Positions 14,917 through 23,663 of a DNA stretch of 63,768 bases are shown here, one piece after another. Made by a program: the position numbers and the translations under genes. The notes beneath the pieces were generated by a model. The model saw nothing but the letters and a program-made list of their open reading frames with translations, made no database searches and was not told where the DNA came from. Source of the DNA: Actinomycetota bacterium (lineage in GTDB: Bacteria > Actinomycetota > Coriobacteriia > Anaerosomatales > D1FN1-002). The DNA lies in the NCBI GenBank assembly GCA_037445995.1, contig JBBIJK010000005.1, positions 16,433-80,200 of the forward strand, read 5' to 3'. Position 1 is the first letter of the stretch. Each line of letters opens with the position of its first letter.

Positions 14917-16310
14917 CAGCGATTGTCCTCCAGCAAAGCGCGCGCCTGATCGATCTGCGCTTCCACGGCGTCCGGCCCGGTGCCTCCCGCTCCGCGCCTG
15001 CGCGCGGCCACCTCGGCCGCTCCCAGCGCGATGACCGCGTCCCCGAAGCGAGGGTCAGCCGCCTCAAGGTCCGCGGCGGTCAGGTCGCCCATGCCACGGC
15101 CGGTCCGCTCGCACTCCAGGACGAGCCTGCCCACGATCTCGTGGGCCTCGCGGAAGGGCACGCCGCTGGCGGCGAGATGGTCCGCGAGGTCCGTCGCGGC
15201 CATGAAGCCCTGCTCGGCGGCGGCGAGCATGCGGTCCTCGCGCACAGTCATGTTCGCCAGCATCCCCTCGATCGCGAGCAGGCAGTCTCCCACCGTGTCG
15301 ACCGCATCGAACGCCGGCTCCTTGTCCTCCTGCATGTCCTTGTTGTAGGCCAGCGGCAGGCCCTTCATCGTCGTGAGCAAGGACACGAGGCCGCCGTAGA
15401 CCCGGCCGGTCTTCCCGCGCACGAGCTCGGCGAAGTCGGGGTTCCTCTTCTGCGGCATGATGCTCGAGCCCGTAGACCAGGAGTCGTCGAGGGAGACGAA
15501 CCCGAACTCCTCGCTCGACCACAGCACGATCTCCTCGGCCAGCCGCGACAGGTGCATCGCGATCATCGAGCACGCGTACACGAGGTCGAGAAGGAAGTCG
15601 CGGTCGGACACGGCGTCCATGGAGTTGGGGATGACGGAGGAGAAGCCGAGCTTCTCGGCCACTGAGGCGCGATCGACAGGGTGTGGCGTGCCGGCCAGCG
15701 CCGCGCTTCCCAGCGGCAGCGAGTCCGCCGCCGCGTGAGCCGCCGCCATACGGTCCGCGTCCCGGCTCAGCATCCAGAAGTACGCCAGCAGGTGATGGGC
15801 GAAGGACACCGGCTGCGCCCGCTGGAGATGGGTGTAGCCCGGCATGATCGTGGCGACGTGCCGCTCGGCGACCTCCAGCACGGTCCCGCGAAGGCTGTCG
15901 ACCCGCGCGAGCAGGCCCGACGCCGCAGCCATCGCCCACAGCCGGGTGTCGGTGGCGACCTGGTCGTTGCGGGACCGGGCGGTGTGCAGCCGCTTGCCGG
16001 CGTCGCCGATGCGCTCGGTCAGGACGCGCTCGATCGCCATGTGGACGTCCTCGTCCTCGACGCGCCACTCGAACCGCCCGGCCGAGATCTCCTCGCCGAT
16101 GCTGCGAAGACCGCTCTCGATGGCGTCGGCGTCGTCGGCGCCCAGCAGCCCCACCTCCGCGAGCATCCGGGCGTGGGCGATCGAACCCTCGATGTCCTGG
16201 GCCCACAGGCGGCGATCGAACGGCAGCGAGGCTCCGAAGCGGATCGCGAAGTCGTCGGTCGCGTCCGTGAACCGCCCGCCCCAAGGTGTCTTCGGGTCAG
16301 TCATCGTCAT
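14910..16310 (-). CDS. argH: Argininosuccinate lyase
   Basis: ORF 14910..16370. Conserved body starts at [21 protein letters not shown] (ATG 16310), with lyase-1 family features ([22 protein letters not shown]). The upstream ORF extension runs through a 15-bp repeat and is unlikely to be coding for ArgH. Confidence 0.9.
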   Translation of the reverse strand: MTMTDPKTPWGGRFTDATDDFAIRFGASLPFDRRLWAQDIEGSIAHARMLAEVGLLGADDADAIESGLRSIGEEISAGRFEWRVEDEDVHMAIERVLTERIGDAGKRLHTARSRNDQVATDTRLWAMAAASGLLARVDSLRGTVLEVAERHVATIMPGYTHLQRAQPVSFAHHLLAYFWMLSRDADRMAAAHAAADSLPLGSAALAGTPHPVDRASVAEKLGFSSVIPNSMDAVSDRDFLLDLVYACSMIAMHLSRLAEEIVLWSSEEFGFVSLDDSWSTGSSIMPQKRNPDFAELVRGKTGRVYGGLVSLLTTMKGLPLAYNKDMQEDKEPAFDAVDTVGDCLLAIEGMLANMTVREDRMLAAAEQGFMAATDLADHLAASGVPFREAHEIVGRLVLECERTGRGMGDLTAADLEAADPRFGDAVIALGAAEVAARRRGAGGTGPDAVEAQIDQARALLEDNRWR

Positions 16311-16536
16311 CGCCCCGGCCCTCGTCGCCCCGGCCCTCGTCGCCCCGGCCCTCGAAGTCCTCCCGCTCATGAGATTCGCCCTGTTGCCGCTCTACGACCT
16401 CCGCGCCGGAGGCCGACTCGGACCTGCCGCGACGGCGCCCTGCGGCGTACCCGCCCCACCACAGAGCGAGCGCTGGCGCGAACAGCAGCAATGCGAGCAC
16501 GCCTATGGCCAAGAGCTCCTGTGCGCCGATCGACAC
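16297..16536 (-). CDS. Possible small membrane protein (79 aa) filling the argG-argH gap
   Basis: GTG at 16536, two nt after the argG stop, with AAGGAGGGGGAGG just upstream. One hydrophobic helix (LLAIGVLALLLFAPALALWWGGYAA), then a charged tail with (GRGDE)x3. The stop overlaps the argH start region. No homology recognised. Confidence 0.35.
   Translation of the reverse strand: MSIGAQELLAIGVLALLLFAPALALWWGGYAAGRRRGRSESASGAEVVERQQGESHEREDFEGRGDEGRGDEGRGDDDD
16311..16355. repeat. 15-bp tandem repeat x3 (cgccccggccctcgt, last copy ends in a)
   Basis: Read directly at 16311..16325, 16326..16340 and 16341..16355. Encodes [14 protein letters not shown] in the small minus-strand ORF and sits immediately upstream of the argH ATG. 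Confidence 0.9.
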
Positions 16537-16537
16537 C

Positions 16538-17767
16538 TCAGACCTCCCCCTCCTTGCCCACCTTGCGGCGCTGGCGCGCCCACACCTTCACGGGCAGACC
16601 GTGCAGGTCGATGAAGCCCTTGGCCGCCGCGTGGTCGAAGCTGTCCGACTCATCGTAGGTGGCCAGATCGTAGTCGTACAGCGAGTACGGGGAGCGGCGG
16701 CCGACGGTGACGCAGGAGCCCTTGAAGAACCTCAGTCGGACGTCCCCCGTGACCAGCTGCTGGGTCGTGTCGACGAAGCCGTCGAGCGCCTCCTTGAGCG
16801 GCGAGTACCACATCCCGTTGTAGACGAGCTCCGCCCACTTCTGCTCCACCCCCAGCTTGTAGTGGAGCAGCTCACGCTCGAGGCAGAGATCCTCCAGAGC
16901 CTTGTGGGCGGTGATCAGAGTCAGCGCGCCGGGCACCTCGTATATCTCGCGGGACTTCACCCCCACCAGCCTGTTCTCGATCATGTCGATCCGCCCGAAG
17001 CCGTGCTTGCCCGCGAGGTCGTTCATCCGCTCGATGATCTCGCGGAAGCCGAGGGCCTGCCCGTCCAGGGCGACCGGCAGACCCTGCTCGAAACCGATCT
17101 CGGCGTACTCGGGCTCGTTGCACGCGTCGCCGCGGGAGTCGGCGGTCAGCGTGTAGATGTCCGGGGGCGGCTCGACCCATGGGTCCTCCAGGACCCCGCA
17201 CTCGATGGCCCTGCCCCAGAGGTTGTCGTCGATCGAGTACGGGCTTGCCTTGGTGGTGGGGACGGGGACGCCGCGCTCGAGGGCGTACTCCATCTCCTGC
17301 TCGCGTGTCCTGAGCTCCCACTCGCGCACGGGCGCGAGGACTGTGAGGTCGGGGTCGAGCGCGGCTATCCCCACCTCGAAGCGCACCTGGTCGTTGCCCT
17401 TGCCCGTGCATCCGTGGGCGATGAAGCGCGCCTGATGGCGATGCGCCTCCTCGACCAGGTGCTTGACGATGATCGGCCTGCTCATCGCCGAGACCAGCGG
17501 GTACTTGTTCTCATACAGCGCGTTGGCCTTGAGCGCCTTTGCGAGGAACTCGTCGACGTACTCGTCGCGGACGTCCTTGACGATCGACTCGACGGCCCCG
17601 ATGTCCAGCGCTTTGCGGCGCACGAACTCCAGGTCCTGCCTCTCCTGCCCGACGTCGATCGCCAGCGCTATGACGTCCACTCCGCGGTTCTCGCGAAGCC
17701 AAGGTATGGCGACCGACGTGTCCAGCCCGCCGGAGTACGCCAGGACCACTCTCTCCCTGTCAGCCAC
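16538..17767 (-). CDS. argG: Argininosuccinate synthase
   Basis: 409 aa. Has the N-terminal AYSGGLDTSV ATP-PPase motif and a typical ArgG body (RPIIVKHLVEEA, GCTGKGNDQVRFE). Confidence 0.95.
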   Translation of the reverse strand: MADRERVVLAYSGGLDTSVAIPWLRENRGVDVIALAIDVGQERQDLEFVRRKALDIGAVESIVKDVRDEYVDEFLAKALKANALYENKYPLVSAMSRPIIVKHLVEEAHRHQARFIAHGCTGKGNDQVRFEVGIAALDPDLTVLAPVREWELRTREQEMEYALERGVPVPTTKASPYSIDDNLWGRAIECGVLEDPWVEPPPDIYTLTADSRGDACNEPEYAEIGFEQGLPVALDGQALGFREIIERMNDLAGKHGFGRIDMIENRLVGVKSREIYEVPGALTLITAHKALEDLCLERELLHYKLGVEQKWAELVYNGMWYSPLKEALDGFVDTTQQLVTGDVRLRFFKGSCVTVGRRSPYSLYDYDLATYDESDSFDHAAAKGFIDLHGLPVKVWARQRRKVGKEGEV

Positions 17768-17814
17768 GGTCTCTTTGTCCTTTCAGTCTTAAGGTGCGAG
17801 CCGCGCGCCCGTGC

Positions 17815-18258
17815 TCACCTGTGGGCCCGACGCTCGGGCACGTACCTTTCGAGCAGCCCGGTCAGCTCTCTGGCCGCGTCCTCGCCGGGCGTCACGAGGA
17901 GCACGGTGTCGTCACCCGCTATCGAGCCAAGGACCTCGCCCAGGGCGGCCCCGTCGATCGCGGCGGCGACCCCCTGGGCCCCGCCCGCGGACGTCTTGAC
18001 GATGATCAGCTGCTGCGAACGCACGACGCCCGTGACCAGGTCCTCGAACATCCTGTGCAGATGCAGGTCCTCGGGGAGCACGTAGCCGCCCCCGGCCAGC
18101 TTGCGCAGACCGAGCTCGGAGGCGTCCCGGGACACGGTGGCCTGGGTGCACACGAAGCCCGATGCCCGCAGCCGGTCGACGATCTCCTGCTGGGTCCTGA
18201 CCTTGCCCTCCCGCACGATCGCGCGGAGCGCGTCCTGTCTGTCGTACCGCTTCGTCAT
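17815..18258 (-). CDS. argR: Arginine repressor ArgR
   Basis: ORF 17815..18507. The conserved protein begins at MTKRYDRQDALRAIVREGKVRTQQEIVDRL (ATG 18258, ATGA overlap with the argF stop). Winged-helix N-terminus and C-terminal GDDTVLLV oligomerisation/arginine-binding motif. Confidence 0.9.
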   Translation of the reverse strand: MTKRYDRQDALRAIVREGKVRTQQEIVDRLRASGFVCTQATVSRDASELGLRKLAGGGYVLPEDLHLHRMFEDLVTGVVRSQQLIIVKTSAGGAQGVAAAIDGAALGEVLGSIAGDDTVLLVTPGEDAARELTGLLERYVPERRAHR

Positions 18259-19199
18259 CGCGATCCCTCCAGCAGCAGGGCCAGCAGCGCCTGCTGCGCC
18301 CACAGCCTGTTCTCCGCCTCGTCGAAGACCACCGATGAGGGCCCGTCGATCACGCCGGGGGAGACCTCCTCGCCTCTGTGGGCCGGGAGGCAGTGCATGA
18401 ACACGGCCCCGTCGGCGGCGAGCGCCATCAGCCCCTCGTCCACCGTCCATCCCGCGAAAGCCTCGACGCGGGCGGCGTGCTCCTCCTCCTGCCCCATCGA
18501 GGCCCACGTGTCGGTGGCCACGACATCCGCCCCGGCGACCGCCTCTTCGGGATCGCGCACAACGGAGATCCCGGCGCCGGTCGAGTGCCTTTCGGCCAGT
18601 GACGCCGCGAGTTCCACGACCCGCCTCTCAGGCTCGAAACCGGCTGGCGAGGCGACCGTGACGTGCATGCCCGCGAGCGCCCCGGCGAGCAGGTAGGTGT
18701 TAGCCATGTTGTTGCCGTCGCCGACGTAGGCGAGGCGCTTGCCGGCGGCGGACCCCAAACGCTCCTCGATGGTCATCAGGTCCGCGAGTCCCTGGCAAGG
18801 GTGATGGTCGTCGGTCAGCGAGTTGACCACCGGCACGGCAGCTTGCTCGGCCACCTCCTCGACGTGGGACTGAGCGAACGTGCGAAGGACGATGGCGTCG
18901 ACGTAGCGCTCGAGCGTCCTGACCGTGTCATGCACCGTCTCGCTGCGCGAGAAGACGTCACCGGCGCCCAGGACGACCGGATGGAGCCCGAGATTGCGGC
19001 AGGCCACCTCGAACGACACCCTGGTCCGAAGCGACGGCTTCATGAAGACGAGCGCGACGGCGCCGCCCGAGCCGGGGGCCGTCGGGTCCCCGCCGGCCTT
19101 CATCGCATGCGCCCGGTCCAGCACTAGACGCAGCTCGGCGGGGTCCAGGTCCGCCATCGTGAGCAGGTCGCGACCCGCGAGTGGGTTGCCCGACATCAT
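18255..19199 (-). CDS. argF: Ornithine carbamoyltransferase
   Basis: ORF 18255..19532. The real start is at MMSGNPLAGRDLLTMADL (ATG 19199 or 19196, overlapping the argD stop). Motifs SLRTRVSFE, HPCQGLAD and HCLPAHRGEEV. Confidence 0.9.
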   Translation of the reverse strand: MMSGNPLAGRDLLTMADLDPAELRLVLDRAHAMKAGGDPTAPGSGGAVALVFMKPSLRTRVSFEVACRNLGLHPVVLGAGDVFSRSETVHDTVRTLERYVDAIVLRTFAQSHVEEVAEQAAVPVVNSLTDDHHPCQGLADLMTIEERLGSAAGKRLAYVGDGNNMANTYLLAGALAGMHVTVASPAGFEPERRVVELAASLAERHSTGAGISVVRDPEEAVAGADVVATDTWASMGQEEEHAARVEAFAGWTVDEGLMALAADGAVFMHCLPAHRGEEVSPGVIDGPSSVVFDEAENRLWAQQALLALLLEGSR

Positions 19200-20404
19200 C
19201 CGTCCTCTCGCTCCAGCAGCTCCCCGAGCACCTCGACCATCGCGTCGACCTCGTCCTTCCCGCACACGAGCGGCGGGATGAAGCGAAGGACGCTCTCGCC
19301 CACGTTGTTGAGCACCATCCCTCGAGTCAGCGCGGCGGCGGCGACCCGGGCGGCGCGGGGCGTCGCGAGCTCCGCGGCGGAGAGCTGACCCTCGCCGCGG
19401 ACCTCGGTGATCGCGCCGGTGCGCTCCGCCAGACCCTGCAGGCGCGACCTCAGGTACGCGCCCGCCCGCGCGGCCGTCTCGCCAAGCCTCTCGGCGCGCA
19501 GGGACGCGATCGTGGCGCGCGCGGCCGCGCACACCACGGGGCCCCCGGCGAACGTCGAACCGTGGTCGCCGGGCGCGAAGGCCTCAGCCACCTCCGCCCT
19601 GGCGACGACCGCGCCCATCGGCAGCCCGTTCGCCATGGCCTTGGCCAGGCAGGTGACGTCCGCCTCGACGCCGTGCGCCTGCTGCGCGAAGGCCGTTCCC
19701 GTCCGCCAGAAGCCGGTCTGCACCTCGTCCAGGACGAGCAGGACCTCGCGCTCGTCGCACAGACGGCGCACCGCTTCGAGGTAGCCGGGCTGGCAGGGGT
19801 GGACCCCGCCCTCGCCCTGGATCGGTTCGAGAAGGACGGCGCAGGTGCCCTGATCGACCGCCGCGTCCAGCGCGTCGATGTCGTTGAGGGGCACGTGCGA
19901 GAACCCGGGCACGAGCGGCGCGAACGCCTCCTGCTTCGAGGGCTGACCGGTCGCCGACAGCGCTCCAAAGGTCCGGCCGTGGAACGAGCGTTCAGCGGCC
20001 ACGACGCGATGACAGCCCTCGCCGCGCGCCTGGCGCCCCCAGCGGCGGGCGAGCTTGATCGCGCCCTCGACGGACTCCGCGCCGGAGTTGCAGAGGAAGA
20101 CCTTCCTGGCCGGACCGAGGAGCGAGGCCACTGTCTCGGCGAGCTCCGACCGGTGCTCGACGTAGAACAGGTTCGTCGTCTGCACCAGTCGGGCCATCTG
20201 GCCGCTCACCGCCTCGGCCACCGCGGGATGCGCGTGCCCGAGGTTGACCGACCCTATCCCCCCGACGAAGTCCAGGTACTCGGCGCCCTCGTCGTCGTAC
20301 AGGCGCATCCCGTCGCCTCGCACGAACATCACGGGCTTGCGGGCGTAGGTCCGCATGTGGTGGGCGGAGTCGATCGCCGCGGCCGCCTCCAGGAGGGCTC
20401 CCAT
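19196..20404 (-). CDS. argD: Acetylornithine aminotransferase (class III PLP)
   Basis: 402 aa. Shows the typical LDFVGGIGSVNLGHAHPAV, EPIQGEGGV and DEVQTGFWRTG patterns. Start overlaps the argB stop. Confidence 0.9.
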   Translation of the reverse strand: MGALLEAAAAIDSAHHMRTYARKPVMFVRGDGMRLYDDEGAEYLDFVGGIGSVNLGHAHPAVAEAVSGQMARLVQTTNLFYVEHRSELAETVASLLGPARKVFLCNSGAESVEGAIKLARRWGRQARGEGCHRVVAAERSFHGRTFGALSATGQPSKQEAFAPLVPGFSHVPLNDIDALDAAVDQGTCAVLLEPIQGEGGVHPCQPGYLEAVRRLCDEREVLLVLDEVQTGFWRTGTAFAQQAHGVEADVTCLAKAMANGLPMGAVVARAEVAEAFAPGDHGSTFAGGPVVCAAARATIASLRAERLGETAARAGAYLRSRLQGLAERTGAITEVRGEGQLSAAELATPRAARVAAAALTRGMVLNNVGESVLRFIPPLVCGKDEVDAMVEVLGELLEREDG

Positions 20405-21291
20405 CAGACGACGACCTCCTCGACGCGCGCGGGCTCCACGTCGTGCGTGATCATCGTGCCGACGCCCTCGTCCGTGTAGACCTCGAGCAGCAGGGCGTGC
20501 GGGATGGTGCCGTTGAGGATGTGCGCGCGGCGCACCCCCGCGGCCAGCGCGGTTATGCAGGCCCCCACCTTCGGGATCATCCCGGCGCCCATGCCGCCCG
20601 CGTCGACGCGGTCCCTTGCCTCCGACAGGGTCAGGCCCCTGATCAGCGAACCGGGATCCGAGAAGTCCTCGTACAGCCCATCGACATCGGTGAGGAAGAT
20701 CACCTTCTCCGAGCCCAGGGCCGCGGCCAGCTCGCTTGCGACGACGTCGGCGTTGATGTTGAAGCTCCCGCCGTCGTCCCCCGCGCCCACCGACGCCACC
20801 ACGGGTACGAACCCGTCCTCGATGAGGTTGGTGACGACGGTGGTGTCGATGGCGGCGACCTCGCCGACGCGGCCGAGCTCGGGCGAGGACTGCGTGGCCC
20901 TGATCAGGTTGGCGTCGTCGCCGGCGATCCCGACGGCCAGCCGGCCGTGAGAGTTGATGGCGGCCACCAGCTCCTTGTTCACCTTGCCGACCAGCACCAT
21001 CTTGACGACCTCCATCGCCGCCTCGTCGGTGACGCGCAGCCCGTCGACGAAGCGGACCTCCATGCCGAGGCGCTCCATGTAGTGGGTGATCTCAGGGCCG
21101 CCCCCGTGGACGATGACCGGGTTCATGCCCATCAGCTTCATCAGCACCACGTCGGAGGCGACCATGTCGCGAAGCGACCGGTCCGTCATGGCCGCGCCTC
21201 CGTACTTGATGACGACGGTCTTGCCCCAGGCGCGCTTGATCCACGGAAGGGCCTCCGTGAGCGTCTCAGCCTTGGCGAGCAGGTCCTCCAC
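20404..21291 (-). CDS. argB: Acetylglutamate kinase
   Basis: 295 aa with a GTG start. Contains VVIKYGGAAM, VIVHGGGPEI and an amino-acid kinase fold signature. Confidence 0.9.
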   Translation of the reverse strand: MEDLLAKAETLTEALPWIKRAWGKTVVIKYGGAAMTDRSLRDMVASDVVLMKLMGMNPVIVHGGGPEITHYMERLGMEVRFVDGLRVTDEAAMEVVKMVLVGKVNKELVAAINSHGRLAVGIAGDDANLIRATQSSPELGRVGEVAAIDTTVVTNLIEDGFVPVVASVGAGDDGGSFNINADVVASELAAALGSEKVIFLTDVDGLYEDFSDPGSLIRGLTLSEARDRVDAGGMGAGMIPKVGACITALAAGVRRAHILNGTIPHALLLEVYTDEGVGTMITHDVEPARVEEVVV

Positions 21292-21302
21292 CGCGCCTCA
21301 CC

Positions 21303-22529
21303 TCATGTCCTGTAATCGCCGTTGATACGGACGTAGTCGTACGTGAGGTCGCAGGTCCAAACCCGGGCCCGTCCCTCGCCGAGGTGCAGGTCCACCTCGA
21401 TGGAGACCTCCGGCCGCGCCAGCGCGGCCGCCGCTTCCTCCTCGTCGAAGGCCTGGGCCACCCCCGCCCGGCAGGTGAGGATCCCCGCGAAACGGACGTC
21501 CAGGGCCGCCGGGTCCACCGCGGCCTCGGACTTGCCGACGGCCATCGCCACCCTCCCCCAGTTGGCGTCCGCCCCGAATATGGCCGTCTTGACCAGGGGG
21601 GAGTCGGCTATCGCGAAGGCCGCGGCGGCCGCGTCCTCGTCCGTCGCCGCTCCCCGGACGTCCACGGTGATGAGCTTGGTGGCTCCCTCGCCGTCCCTGG
21701 CGACCATGATCGCGAGGCGCTCGCACACCTCCGTGAGTGCGGCGAGGACACCCGCGAAGCACGCGGTGCCCTCCTCGACCGGCTCCCCTCCCTCGGCGCC
21801 GCTGGCCAAGAGCACGCACATGTCGTTGGTGGAGGTGTCCGAATCCACCGTGATGCGGTTGAAGGTCTTGGCGACCGCGGCGCGCAGCACCGCGTCACAG
21901 GCGCGCGGCGTCAGCGGAGCGTCGGTGGTGACGAACGCCAGCATGGTCGCCATGTCCGGGCGGATCATCCCGCTGCCCTTGGCCATCCCTCCGACCGTGA
22001 AGCCGCGACCCTCGCACTCGACCCTGACGGCCGTCTCCTTGACGAAGGTGTCCGTGGTCATGATCGCCTCGGCCGCCATACCGCCGCCCGCGCGGTCCGC
22101 GGCCGCTACGGCCTCGCGCACACCACCGAGCACGGCGTCCATCGGCATGGGCACGCCTATCACTCCGGTGGACGCCACCAGGACGTCGCCAGGGTCGCAA
22201 CCGAGCGCCTCCGCGACCGCGCCGGCCATGGCCTCGGCGTCCGCCTCACCCCGCGGACCGGTGCACGCGTTGGCGTTGCCGGCGTTCACGATCACGGCGC
22301 GTGCGAGGCCCGACGCCACGTTGCGGCGACTGAGCGAGACGGGAGGCGCCGCCATCCGGTTGCGGGTGAACACGGCGGCCGCGGGCACCGGCTCGGCTGC
22401 GGCGATCAGCGCCACGTCACGCCTCCCCGACCTTCTGACGCCGGCCATGACCCCTGAGGCGAGGAATCCCGCTGGCGCGGTCACGCCGCCCGGGACGTCG
22501 CGGATGTCGTATGCGACCTTGCCTGCCAC
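21303..22529 (-). CDS. argJ: Bifunctional ornithine acetyltransferase / N-acetylglutamate synthase
   Basis: 408 aa. Has the autoprocessing-site region ATMLAFVTTDA and an ArgJ-type body ending in INGDYRT. Confidence 0.9.
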   Translation of the reverse strand: MAGKVAYDIRDVPGGVTAPAGFLASGVMAGVRRSGRRDVALIAAAEPVPAAAVFTRNRMAAPPVSLSRRNVASGLARAVIVNAGNANACTGPRGEADAEAMAGAVAEALGCDPGDVLVASTGVIGVPMPMDAVLGGVREAVAAADRAGGGMAAEAIMTTDTFVKETAVRVECEGRGFTVGGMAKGSGMIRPDMATMLAFVTTDAPLTPRACDAVLRAAVAKTFNRITVDSDTSTNDMCVLLASGAEGGEPVEEGTACFAGVLAALTEVCERLAIMVARDGEGATKLITVDVRGAATDEDAAAAAFAIADSPLVKTAIFGADANWGRVAMAVGKSEAAVDPAALDVRFAGILTCRAGVAQAFDEEEAAAALARPEVSIEVDLHLGEGRARVWTCDLTYDYVRINGDYRT

Positions 22530-23564
22530 TCACACCACCGGCCCGTACGCCGTGAGTCCCGCGGTCTCATCGAAGCCCAGTGCGAGGTTCGCGCACTGCA
22601 CCGCCTGCCCGGCGGTGCCCTTCACGAGGTTGTCGATCGCGCAGGTGACGACCAGCGTCCCGGAGACCTCGTCCAGGGCCACTCCGATGTGCGCACGGTT
22701 GCCGCCGCACACCTCGCGGGTGGAGGGCATCCGGCCCAAGGGGTGGACCGTGATGAATGGCTCGCCCGCGAACCTGTCAGCGTAGACCGCGTGTGCCGCC
22801 TCCGTGTCGATACCCTCGGCGACACGGAGGTACACGGTCGCCAAAAGCCCGCGGGTGGACGGGAGCAGGTGCGGTACGAACGTGGCGTGCACGGAGCGTC
22901 CGGCCGCCGCCGACAGCTGCTGGTCGATCTCGGGCGAGTGCCTGTGCCCCGCCGCCTTGTATGCGGACACGGACTCGTTGCACGAGGGGAAGTGCGTGGC
23001 CTCCGACGGCGTCCGGCCCGCGCCCGAGACCCCGGACTTGGCGTCGATCACCACGCCGTCGGCCGAAGCGATCCGGGCTTCGACCGCCGGGACGGCCGCG
23101 AGGAGCGCGGCGGTCGGATAGCAGCCCGGACACGCGACCAGCCGGGCTCCGGCGATCGCCTCGCGGCCCAGTTCCGGCAACCCGTAGGCCGCGCCCGCGA
23201 GAAGAGATGCCGCCGAGTGCGGAACGCCGTACCAGCGCTCGTACTGCGCGGCGTCTTTCAGTCTGAAGTCGGCGGACGCGTCGACGACCATGGCCCCGCG
23301 GGCGAGCACGTCCGGGACGTAGGGCATCGCTGCGGTGTGCGGGACCGCCAGCATGACCAGGTCGGCGTCCAGCGTGACCGCCTGCGCGTGGGGGACGTAG
23401 GCGAGGTCACACCCGGCCAGTGCGGGGTACAGGTCGCTAACGCGCCTGCCGGCGTCCGAGTCCGAGCTCACCGCGACAAGCCGCATCCCGGGATGCCCGA
23501 GCACCAACCGGGTGATCTCCGCTCCGGCGTATCCGGCGGCGCCAACCACCACCACATCGGTCAT
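22530..23564 (-). CDS. argC: N-acetyl-gamma-glutamyl-phosphate reductase
   Basis: 344 aa. N-terminal VVVVGAAGYAGAE Rossmann motif and active-site region ACPGCYPTA. ATG preceded by GGAGGAAGG. Confidence 0.9.
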   Translation of the reverse strand: MTDVVVVGAAGYAGAEITRLVLGHPGMRLVAVSSDSDAGRRVSDLYPALAGCDLAYVPHAQAVTLDADLVMLAVPHTAAMPYVPDVLARGAMVVDASADFRLKDAAQYERWYGVPHSAASLLAGAAYGLPELGREAIAGARLVACPGCYPTAALLAAVPAVEARIASADGVVIDAKSGVSGAGRTPSEATHFPSCNESVSAYKAAGHRHSPEIDQQLSAAAGRSVHATFVPHLLPSTRGLLATVYLRVAEGIDTEAAHAVYADRFAGEPFITVHPLGRMPSTREVCGGNRAHIGVALDEVSGTLVVTCAIDNLVKGTAGQAVQCANLALGFDETAGLTAYGPVV

Positions 23565-23597
23565 GGCCTTCCTCCAAGGTCGAGGCCGTCAGAACCG

Positions 23598-23640
23598 ATG
23601 ATACGCTCAACTGCATGAAATGGCAACTGTATGCATTAGC
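23598..23640 (-). promoter_or_regulatory. arg operon promoter (TTGCCA-17-TATCAT) with overlapping ARG-box-like TGCAT motifs
   Basis: AT-richer island upstream of argC. On the minus strand, TTGCCA (23626..23621), a 17-nt spacer, then TATCAT (23603..23598). TGCAT/ATGCAT half-sites at 23612..23616 and 23631..23636 resemble actinobacterial ArgR operators. Confidence 0.5.
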
Positions 23641-23663
23641 ACGCAGGGATGATCCGCCGCCGA

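Noticed and set aside
16311-16370. argH ORF extension MSGRTSRAGATRAGATRAGA.
   Set aside because: It is generated by reading the 15-bp tandem repeat in another frame. Conserved ArgH sequence starts at the ATG at 16310.
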